Shown here piece by piece: positions 17,352-24,306 of a stretch of 64,000 nucleotides of DNA. The stretch lies in the IMG/VR virus record IMGVR_UViG_3300037400_006954; one strand, 5' to 3'. The DNA comes from an uncultured virus (IMG/VR IMGVR_UViG_3300037400_006954) (taxonomy: Duplodnaviria > Heunggongvirae > Uroviricota > Caudoviricetes). Within the stretch, counting starts at the first letter, position 1; each line of letters starts with the position of its first letter. Made by a program: the position numbers and the translations under genes. The notes beneath the pieces are model-generated. The model was not told the origin of the DNA and ran no database searches. It saw nothing but the letters and a program-made list of their open reading frames with translations.

Positions 17352-17428
17352 TGGTCGGAGCGGAGGGATTTGAACCCCCGACGGTCTGCTCCCAAAGCAG
17401 ATGCACTACCAGGCTGTGCTACGCTCCG
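17352..17428 (-). tRNA. tRNA-Pro(TGG)
   Basis: Loop TTTGGGA, CCA. Confidence 0.95.
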
Positions 17429-17726
17429 ACTGCTTGAGCTCGGCTATTGCGTCTCCAAGCGACTCTATCGCCTTGTTCTGCTCCTTGGTATAGCCGTAGT
17501 CCCCTGACGGGAACGCAAATTCGAACATGCCGCACATGAGGACCAGGTTCACGTCCGAGAGGGACTCCAGGTCCGTGTGGCCTATGCGGTTGATCATCAT
17601 GTAGTGCGAGAGTATCGAGCTCCTCATGCTGGAGCCCCCGTAGGTCAGCGTGACGTGCGTACCCTCGAACACCCTAACCAGGGCCTTCATGCGCCTGATG
17701 ATCGTGTTTCTGAGCTTCTTTGTCAT
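17406..17726 (-). CDS. Hypothetical protein (3' end overlaps tRNA-Pro)
   Basis: 106-aa ORF, AAAGGAG RBS. Confidence 0.6.
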   Translation of the reverse strand: MTKKLRNTIIRRMKALVRVFEGTHVTLTYGGSSMRSSILSHYMMINRIGHTDLESLSDVNLVLMCGMFEFAFPSGDYGYTKEQNKAIESLGDAIAELKQSERSTAW

Positions 17727-17747
17727 GTCGTACTCCTTTCGCTAAGT

Positions 17748-17824
17748 TGGAGCATCAGAACGGACTCGAACCGTCAACCTTCTCCATGGCAAGGAGACGC
17801 TCTGGCCGATTGAGCTACTGACGC
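17748..17824 (-). tRNA. tRNA-Gly(GCC)
   Basis: Loop TTGCCAT, U73, CCA. Confidence 0.93.
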
Positions 17825-17832
17825 GCTGAAGA

Positions 17833-17907
17833 TGGAGCATCCAGCGGGAATCGAACCCGCATCACCAGCTTGGAAGGCTGAGACCCTGACCGTTGGATGA
17901 TGGATGC
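17833..17907 (-). tRNA. tRNA-Gly(TCC)
   Basis: Loop CTTCCAA, U73, CCA. Confidence 0.9.
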
Positions 17908-17915
17908 GGTGAAAT

Positions 17916-17992
17916 TGGTAGGCGATGAGGGACTCGAACCCCCGACCTTGACCGTGTAAAGGTCCTGCTCTGACCGACTGAGCTAACCGCCC
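17916..17992 (-). tRNA. tRNA-Val(TAC)
   Basis: Loop TTTACAC, CCA. Confidence 0.93.
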
Positions 17993-17993
17993 G

Positions 17994-18070
17994 TGGTAGC
18001 GGGGGCAGGATTCGAACCTGCGAATGCTGGCTTATGAGGCCAGTGACGTTGACCACTTGTCTACCCCGCA
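17994..18070 (-). tRNA. tRNA-fMet(CAT), initiator-like
   Basis: 1:72 mismatch, GCGGGG acceptor, loop CTCATAA, CCA. Confidence 0.85.
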
Positions 18071-18209
18071 GTCAGTAAATCGAATAAGCGCGGGATCTTA
18101 CCGCTCCAGGCCTAAGACACCGAACAACCTGGCCTGGCTTTTCTCGCTTTTTCGAAGCGATGCATGGACCGGACCCTGCGGGCGAATGCACAGGCCCGGT
18201 CCGGAGAGC

Positions 18210-20108
18210 CTACGAGAACAGCTTTATCAGCGTGTCCTTCTCGAGCTTCGTGAGGTCAAGCCCCGGCTCGACGACCTTCTCCGGATTCTCCGGATCGACC
18301 GCCTTCTCGGGATCCCACACGGTAAATCCCGCGCGGAGCAGGATCTCCTTGAGCGGGACGAACCCCTCGGCGCGGGCCTTGATGCCCTCGATCACGTTCT
18401 CAGCGTACTTGCCGCCGACCGACACGCGGCCGCGGGCCGTGCCGAGGTCCATGAGCGTGAACCTGTCGTTCAGTATCACCCCGATGGACTTCTCGCCCTG
18501 CCCCTGGAAGTCGACCATGACGTCGAACTTGATCTTGTCGGGGTCTACCATCCTGCCCTTCGGCCAGCTCCTGTCGAACTTGTCGTTCGCGAAGAAGAAC
18601 CGGAACTTGGAGTCGTCGTCGCCGTTGAACTTGTTGAGCTTCACGATTCCGTCGGGGCAGGACTTGGCGATGTACAGCAGCTCCACCGCCTCCGGGTTGG
18701 CATTCGTCATGTCCCCGGAGTACACTACCTTGCTGCCGTCGCCGCTGTAGCCCCTGCCGAAACCATAGTACGCTGCGTTCCAGCCGATCTTGCCTCCGTC
18801 GATGCTGACCATGCTCAGGTCGTAGTCCCTGGTGCCCCATTCGTTGCGCCAGTATACTCCGACGATGTTGTCGCTGGTGAGCCTGAAGGACGTTCCGTAC
18901 GGGAAGTTCCCGACGAAGTTCTTCTCTGACGTGGGAAGGGCTATCTCGTAGTTCTCCGGGAACCTGACCGTGCAGGCCTTGTTCCTGATGGAGTCCACGA
19001 GCGACTCCTCGAACGCGAAGTACAGCTGGGACAGGCGGTCCTGGTCGTACTTGGGGGCATAGCCCTTGCGCACGAACATCTTGCCGTTCCTTATGATGTA
19101 CATCGAGTCCTCGGGCTTCCTGGCCATCCTCGACTTGAGGAGCATCATGATCCTGATCTTGCGCCAGGGATCCAGCTCTGGGAGCCTGTCGCGCACCTCC
19201 GAGACCGTGGCCTTGGAGGAAAGCAGGTTTTCCCAGAACCCCGGCTTCATCGGCCTGTGGTTCTTCGCCGCCAGCCTCCTGAGCTTGTTGATGACCGACG
19301 CCGTTGAGGCCGTCTTCATCGCCAGGAAGATCGGCTTGAACCTCAGGAAGATCCTGGACAGCCTCTCGAGCTGCCTGTCGGTCAGCGAGAGGAGCGGGGA
19401 CTTGGCCTTGCGGCGCTCGTCCTCGAACAGGCTGGTGCCGTACTTTATGTCCTGGAGCGCCTTTCTGCTCTTGATCACCATCGGCGACCCGCTGTACTTG
19501 AAGACCAGCGTCCTGAGCATGCCGAACTCGTCCGCGGGAAGGACCCCGGCCTTGTCGCTCAGGTACACCGTCGCCTCCCTGTTCTTGATCTCGGAGATCA
19601 GGTTGGAGAGGTCGTCCTTTGAAAGCTTCGAACCCTTCTTCTCGTACCAGAAGTCCGTCATGTCCTTCATCGTCCTCTCCTTGAGGGCGATTCCGGACTT
19701 GACGACCTCCATGCACTTCTCCGCAAGCTCGTCCTCAGAAATGGGCTCGAGAACCTGCATCTTCCTGAACGCGTCCGGCATGGGGTCGGAGTTCGGAACG
19801 TAGCCGTTGCCTTCCGGCTCCCTGCCCTCCTCAAGCTCCCCGTACGTCGTGGCGTAGTGGAGCAGCTGGTCCAGGAGCAGCTCCAGCCTGCTCTTGCTGA
19901 CGACGTCCTGCCACTCCTTGTAGAACGTCGCGTTGTGGTTCCTCGTAAGCGTCCTGAGCCACGCCTCGACGGACTTGTTGCAGCAGTCGGGGTGGACGAT
20001 CCAGCCCAGGGGGGCGGACACGGAGTTTACCTCCGAGAAGTCGACCTTCTCCGATGCGTCCGAGACCGGGCCCCGGCGGAAGTAGTCGATGATTGACGCG
20101 CTTGTCAT
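18210..20108 (-). CDS. 632-aa protein: helical N-terminal region + C-terminal TerD-like domain; candidate divergent Ro/TROVE-like RNA-binding protein
   Basis: C-terminal IVGVYW...DYDLS...GWN...YSGDMTNA...ELLYI matches the TerD pattern; N-terminal NATFYK.W...DQLLHYATTYG and helical, basic segments; directly downstream of the RNA array. Confidence 0.6.
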   Translation of the reverse strand: MTSASIIDYFRRGPVSDASEKVDFSEVNSVSAPLGWIVHPDCCNKSVEAWLRTLTRNHNATFYKEWQDVVSKSRLELLLDQLLHYATTYGELEEGREPEGNGYVPNSDPMPDAFRKMQVLEPISEDELAEKCMEVVKSGIALKERTMKDMTDFWYEKKGSKLSKDDLSNLISEIKNREATVYLSDKAGVLPADEFGMLRTLVFKYSGSPMVIKSRKALQDIKYGTSLFEDERRKAKSPLLSLTDRQLERLSRIFLRFKPIFLAMKTASTASVINKLRRLAAKNHRPMKPGFWENLLSSKATVSEVRDRLPELDPWRKIRIMMLLKSRMARKPEDSMYIIRNGKMFVRKGYAPKYDQDRLSQLYFAFEESLVDSIRNKACTVRFPENYEIALPTSEKNFVGNFPYGTSFRLTSDNIVGVYWRNEWGTRDYDLSMVSIDGGKIGWNAAYYGFGRGYSGDGSKVVYSGDMTNANPEAVELLYIAKSCPDGIVKLNKFNGDDDSKFRFFFANDKFDRSWPKGRMVDPDKIKFDVMVDFQGQGEKSIGVILNDRFTLMDLGTARGRVSVGGKYAENVIEGIKARAEGFVPLKEILLRAGFTVWDPEKAVDPENPEKVVEPGLDLTKLEKDTLIKLFS

Positions 20109-20145
20109 TGTTTTTTCTCCTTTTTTGTTGTTGAAGACGTAAAAT

Positions 20146-20202
20146 GCCGCGGGCCGTATGGATTCTTGGTGAAGAAGTTTTCATAGGAACGGCGGATGCG
20201 GC
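20146..20202 (-). ncRNA. GUUCCUA-stem RNA, copy F (short payload)
   Basis: GCCGC-AUCC-GCCG-UUCC-UAUG ... CAUA-CGGC-CC-GCGGC. Confidence 0.75.
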
Positions 20203-20216
20203 GACGTAAAAGGAAA

Positions 20217-20338
20217 TGCGCGGGACGTATAAAGGCGCTCTACCATCTGAGCTACCTAGAGAGGCGAGCCTCCCCGGGGTGGGATTCGAACCCACGACTT
20301 CCTGGTTGCGAGCCATTGATAGGAACGTCCTGTGCGCA
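20217..20338 (-). ncRNA. GUUCCUA-stem RNA, copy E, carrying a circularly permuted tRNA-like domain (YrlA-like)
   Basis: GCGC-ACA-GGACG-UUCC-UAU; T-arm GUGGG-UUCGAAU-CCCAC, then loop-closed acceptor, then D-arm GCUC-AGAUGGUA-GAGC; AUA-CGUCC-C-GCGC. Confidence 0.85.
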
Positions 20339-20343
20339 AAGGG

Positions 20344-20426
20344 AATCGGCGAACGGTAGTATCGGGCCGGGCCTTTCACCCCGGCGTTGTTCTTGTTTGT
20401 CTGATAGGAACCGTATGTGCCGATTT
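20344..20426 (-). ncRNA. GUUCCUA-stem RNA, copy D
   Basis: AAUCGGC-ACAU-ACGG-UUCC-UAUC ... GAUA-CU-ACCGU-UC-GCCGAUU with internal GCCGGG/CCCGGC hairpin. Confidence 0.7.
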
Positions 20427-20435
20427 AAATCGAAC

Positions 20436-20561
20436 CTGCCTGCGGGCCGTATGCAGTGCTCTACCATTGAGCTACGCGGTCCAGCGGCCGCGGCGGGGGT
20501 CGAACCCGCGTCCATTCATGAACAGTGAATTTTTTGCATTAGGAACGGCGTGTGCAGACAG
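20436..20561 (-). ncRNA. GUUCCUA-stem RNA, copy C, carrying a circularly permuted tRNA-like domain (YrlA-like)
   Basis: CUGC-ACAC-GCCG-UUCC-UA; T-arm GCGGG-UUCGACC-CCCGC, then CGCGG/CCGCG closed acceptor, then D-arm GCUC-AAUGGUA-GAGC; UA-CGGC-CC-GCAG. Confidence 0.85.
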
Positions 20562-20575
20562 CTGCTGGAAAATGG

Positions 20576-20690
20576 CGAGGCGACGGGTATCGGTTGGGGA
20601 CGCGGGAGTCGAACCCGCTGCTTCCGGCCCTTCAGGCCGGCGGTCTGCCGGTGACCTAGTCCTCGGGAATTAGGAACCCGATGTGCCTCG
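20576..20690 (-). ncRNA. GUUCCUA-stem RNA, copy B, enclosing a non-permuted tRNA-like cloverleaf (GAA loop)
   Basis: CGAGGC-ACAU-CGGG-UUCC-UA; D-arm GGUC/GACC, arm CCGGC-CUGAAGG-GCCGG, T-arm GCGGG-UUCGACU-CCCGC; AUA-CCCG-UC-GCCUCG. Confidence 0.8.
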
Positions 20691-20707
20691 GTTTAAAGCG
20701 ACTAAAA

Positions 20708-20762
20708 GGCGGGCCGTATGGTTGATTTCCAGTCAAGCGTATGATAGGAACGGCCTGTGCCC
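20708..20762 (-). ncRNA. GUUCCUA-stem RNA, copy A (short payload)
   Basis: GGC-ACA-GGCCG-UUCC-UAU ... AUA-CGGCC-C-GCC. Confidence 0.75.
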
Positions 20763-20925
20763 GTGTAAATCTAGAAGGCTCCTTTCTGCGACACGAAAGG
20801 GTAAACAAACGCAGCTTTTACGGATCGTCTCGGTCAGGAGCCATGGATCCCGAGTGCGGGGGAATCGGAAACCCCGCAAGTTATTGTTTCAACCAAATCC
20901 AGTTTTCAAAGATCAACTGGCAGAT

Positions 20926-20954
20926 ATTATACGAAATCTGCTCCCGATTTGCAA
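20926..20954 (-). promoter_or_regulatory. Sigma70 promoter probably driving the RNA array, the TerD-like gene and the tRNA cluster
   Basis: TTGCAA-N17-TATAAT on the minus strand with AT-rich upstream region. Confidence 0.8.
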
Positions 20955-21002
20955 TGACAAAAAGTAAAATTTTTTACTGTTAAACTTTTTCAAATGTTTT
21001 AA

Positions 21003-21278
21003 CTAGTTTTTTACTGTTTTTTCATTTTCAACCGGAGGCAGTTCCCTTGCCGGACCGTCTCTTGTCACCTGGCGCGGACCGCCGGTGACCTTGTCGACCA
21101 CCGACGCTACCACGCCGTAGCACGTGTCCACGGTGTCCGACACGGTGTCTATGGCGTCCGACGCCAGCTTCTTCGCGACGTCGGGCGTGGTGCACCCCTT
21201 GTCGTACATGCCCTGGGCGTTCATCCCGAGCTTGAACGCGACCGCGCCCACGCCTATGGTTATCAGCATTCCTAGCAT
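21003..21278 (-). CDS. Small protein with N-terminal hydrophobic segment
   Basis: MLGMLITIGVGAVAFKLG. Confidence 0.55.
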   Translation of the reverse strand: MLGMLITIGVGAVAFKLGMNAQGMYDKGCTTPDVAKKLASDAIDTVSDTVDTCYGVVASVVDKVTGGPRQVTRDGPARELPPVENEKTVKN

Positions 21279-21334
21279 TTCCCCGTCCTGTCTTGTGCCG
21301 GGTTCCCGGCGCCCTTGGATCAGATGCACAGAAG

Positions 21335-21718
21335 TCAGAGGTTCTCGTCGACTATCGTGAACACCCTAGAGCCCCTGGAGACGCTGGTGTGCTTCGCGAT
21401 GGTGGCGGGCGGGATGTTGAGCTCGGCGATGATCCCGTCGTAGTCGATCGACTTCTTGTCGGAGCCGTTCTTCCAGGTGACCAGCACGTCGCCGTCTGCG
21501 TTGGCGAGCGTCTCGCTGTCCTGCATGACCCCCATGATCTTGCCCTTGAGCTCGGAGATCTTCAGGTCGATCTCGTCCTTCTGGCGGGTGAGCTCGATGA
21601 TCTGCCTGAGGTCCGCGACCTGGCTCTCCTCCGCCACGCGGGGGGTCTTGAGCCTCGCGACCTTGTACAGCTCCCTGTTGGCCTTCTCGGCCTTGGAGGT
21701 TGTCTGGATGTGTTTCAT
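21335..21718 (-). CDS. Hypothetical protein (coiled coil + DVLVTWK segment, reminiscent of YqaJ-type C-terminal domains)
   Basis: ORF from MKHIQT with AGGAG RBS. Confidence 0.55.
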   Translation of the reverse strand: MKHIQTTSKAEKANRELYKVARLKTPRVAEESQVADLRQIIELTRQKDEIDLKISELKGKIMGVMQDSETLANADGDVLVTWKNGSDKKSIDYDGIIAELNIPPATIAKHTSVSRGSRVFTIVDENL

Positions 21719-22254
21719 TTCAGTTTTCTCCTGTTTGGTGTTGTTTTTGTCCAGTTTAGCCCGTTGTAGCGCCCGCATACCGGTGGAAACTGGATAAAGC
21801 GTGGAAGAACGGACGCCCTGTCGATGCCGTCCAGAATCGCCGGAAAGGCGGTCTGGAGCCTCCAGGAGCGCTCCGCGCGAGCTACTCGATAAATCTATCG
21901 TCCCGAGCCTGGAATCGCTCCTAGGCCCCTTCTCGTGCGAAAAACGCAAGTGAGGGCCTTCAACCCTCCGGGAGACCGACCGTCTCGCTGGTTCTCGTGT
22001 GATGCCGTCACACTATTCCTCTCGGGCCGCTTCGTTACCTAGGCTGGGCACCCTGCTTCATTTGGGCTGTCTTTGTTTGGCAGGTCTACCGGACGACCCG
22101 CCCTGCGCCCATCAGAGCCTAGCGCAGTTTGAGGACCTAGCACCATTTGTCGGCCAGTGACGCCCTATCCTCGTTCGGGGAGCGGAAGGCCTCCGCCGCT
22201 CTCGGAAATCCTGCCTGGGCGCTAAACCGCGCGAAACCCCCTCAGCCTCCCCCA

Positions 22255-22430
22255 GACTGGAGACTTATAAATCCAGTCGATAATAATATATATACTAGAC
22301 GAGTTTTGAAATAAAGTAGCTAAAGCTACTTTACGATATACGCAACTAAAGTTGCTATCTATTTAAAAACTCTTACTAGTATATATAATATATATCTCCG
22401 TACGCGCGCGTGCGTACGCACGACGGCGCG
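22255..22430. other. AT-rich palindromic island, candidate replication origin
   Basis: TATATATACTAG/CTAGTATATATA inverted pair, AAAGTAGC-TAAA-GCTACTTT hairpin and GTACGC..GCGTAC palindrome in an otherwise GC-rich genome. Confidence 0.4.
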
Positions 22431-22455
22431 TCTAACTGGACGTTGGGCTACAAAG

Positions 22456-23484
22456 CTACTTGCCAAATCTACCCTTGACCTCAGACATGGTCCAGTCAGT
22501 CCTGACCTTCCCCCAGTCGGACGCGTCTATGGGCTCCGTGATCCCAGGTACGGACCCGAGCCCGTACCTGTCGAACATAGCCCTGCGCTTCAGCACTACG
22601 GGCTTCCTGCTGACCCTCAGCCCCTCCTCCCAGTCCGGGTCGGTGGGCCTCCTGTACCAGTTCGGAACGGCTGGGTCCATCAGCTTCCTGAGGTCAGTGA
22701 GTCCCCTCAGCAGGACGCTGAACCCTGCGTGGGCCAGTCTCCTGGACACTGTGCCGAACCACTCGGTGGGCTTCCTGTGGAACTTGCTCTTGCGCCTGGC
22801 CCTCCTCCTGTTCTTCAGGTCGTCGCTCCTGGCGGCCCTGTAGAACCTGCTCCGGCACTCCCTGAGGATCCCGGAGAGGCACTCAAGCCCTGACCAGGGG
22901 TCCCTGGAGGCGGCCTTGGCTACCCTGGACCGTATCGCGTCGCAGTGGCCGGCTATGTCCAGCAGCACCTGCGTGGACATGTTCCGCATCCTGACCTTTA
23001 TGGACTGCAGAAGCTCCTTTTTGTCAGATTTGACCGTATTCAGCGCGTCTTCCTGCACTTTTCTGGTTATCTCCGCGGACCTCTCGTCCATCCACGACCT
23101 CGGCGGAAAGTCGCCTGACCTCCCGGAGCGGTCTATGGCGTCGCACGTTCCGGCGACCACCGCCCTGAGTATCCTGTTGCACAGGTACCTCCTGCCGACG
23201 CCGAGGTACGCAAGCTCCTCGTATCCGACGTGGAGCACGTCCGTGAACAGTATGTCCGACATCAGGAAGCACTTGACGTAGCAGGACGAAAAGCCCCTGC
23301 GCTCCTCCTTCGGGCAGCCGCAGGGGTACCTGTCCCGGACCAGCTTCCTTACTTTTTCGGCAGACAGCCCGAGCCTTCCGGCCAGAAGCTTCATGCCGTC
23401 CTTCTGGGACATCTTGGAGTCTATCCTCCTGAAGTCCCTCATTGGAACGATTCCGTCTATTCCGTCTATTCCGTCTATCTCCAT
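22456..23484 (-). CDS. Hypothetical basic protein next to the candidate origin
   Basis: 342-aa Arg/Lys-rich ORF. Confidence 0.65.
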   Translation of the reverse strand: MEIDGIDGIDGIVPMRDFRRIDSKMSQKDGMKLLAGRLGLSAEKVRKLVRDRYPCGCPKEERRGFSSCYVKCFLMSDILFTDVLHVGYEELAYLGVGRRYLCNRILRAVVAGTCDAIDRSGRSGDFPPRSWMDERSAEITRKVQEDALNTVKSDKKELLQSIKVRMRNMSTQVLLDIAGHCDAIRSRVAKAASRDPWSGLECLSGILRECRSRFYRAARSDDLKNRRRARRKSKFHRKPTEWFGTVSRRLAHAGFSVLLRGLTDLRKLMDPAVPNWYRRPTDPDWEEGLRVSRKPVVLKRRAMFDRYGLGSVPGITEPIDASDWGKVRTDWTMSEVKGRFGK

Positions 23485-23488
23485 GGGA

Positions 23489-23944
23489 CTATCTTAGCAT
23501 ATTGTGCATGCGTTCGTACTCTGGAATTTCCACGTCGACCGACGAACTTGACTCGGTGTCGTCCGGAGCCACGTCCACCGACATTACGAAGGTACGTCCG
23601 TTCCAGGTAAACGCTATGTTGCCTTCCTGGGTGACGAATCCCCCTTCCAGCTCGTTCGCCAGATACGACGCCACCTCGGACTTTATTTCGCTGGATTCAT
23701 CATATGAGCCGGCTTTTTCAGAAGACTTGGGCCTTATGGAAATGGAATTCCTGTCCAGGGTCATGTCAGACCCCAGGTCTCTGTTCCTTACCATCCTTTC
23801 GGCAATTTCCAGGGCAGCCGCCGGGGACGACGCCCGTATGGGCGTCTCCTCGCTCAGCTGCGCCGTATACCTCGCAACGAACGTCTCAGTCCTCCTCCGG
23901 CTCTTCGGCTTTGTCGGTGGCTTCGTCCCCGCGGGCTTCTTCAT
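23489..23944 (-). CDS. Hypothetical protein
   Basis: 151-aa ORF with AAGGAG RBS. Confidence 0.6.
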   Translation of the reverse strand: MKKPAGTKPPTKPKSRRRTETFVARYTAQLSEETPIRASSPAAALEIAERMVRNRDLGSDMTLDRNSISIRPKSSEKAGSYDESSEIKSEVASYLANELEGGFVTQEGNIAFTWNGRTFVMSVDVAPDDTESSSSVDVEIPEYERMHNMLR

Positions 23945-24242
23945 TTACAGGCTCCTTTTTCCTTGTCTTTCTCCTTGGCTTGAACACCATGTCGAACGAC
24001 GGATGGTCTGACTCTAGCCTGAGGTAGTTGTCCATCGAGTCCTTCAGGACGAGGTCCGGAAACCTCCTGGTGAACTCGTAGTACGCGTCCCTCATCCACT
24101 TGTTTCTGTCGGACGACATGTCCACCGGCATCAGGTCTATCGCGGCCGGAGCGGGCTGCTCGAGGCCGTTTGAGCTGGTGGTCTCCACGAACAGTCGTGG
24201 CTGGCGGCGCACCTTTCGGAGAAAGAAATGCGCAATTATCAT
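23886..24242 (-). CDS. Hypothetical protein (MIIAH-type, similar to 59328-59636)
   Basis: 118-aa ORF, AAAGGAG RBS. Confidence 0.65.
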   Translation of the reverse strand: MIIAHFFLRKVRRQPRLFVETTSSNGLEQPAPAAIDLMPVDMSSDRNKWMRDAYYEFTRRFPDLVLKDSMDNYLRLESDHPSFDMVFKPRRKTRKKEPVNEEARGDEATDKAEEPEED

Positions 24243-24306
24243 GGCTGCTCTCCTTTCAAGGTGTATATGCCCCGGCCCGCTGCGGCAGGCCGGGGCTGCC
24301 GCCCGG

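Noticed and set aside
9397..18070. Stop-codon reassignment or suppressor tRNAs
   Set aside because: No CTA, TCA or TTA anticodon was found among the canonical tRNAs, and core genes are intact under the standard code with all three stops used.
20217..20561. Ordinary tandem tRNA genes
   Set aside because: D- and T-arms occur in reversed order with no anticodon arm or CCA end between them.
20146..20762. CRISPR array interpretation of the repeated motif
   Set aside because: Only ~7 nt are identical between units, unit lengths vary from 55 to 126 nt, conservation is structural, and no cas genes are present in the window.
23451..23480. 9-bp tandem repeat encoding IDG-IDG-IDG
   Set aside because: In-frame micro-duplication near an ORF start with no sign of phase variation.
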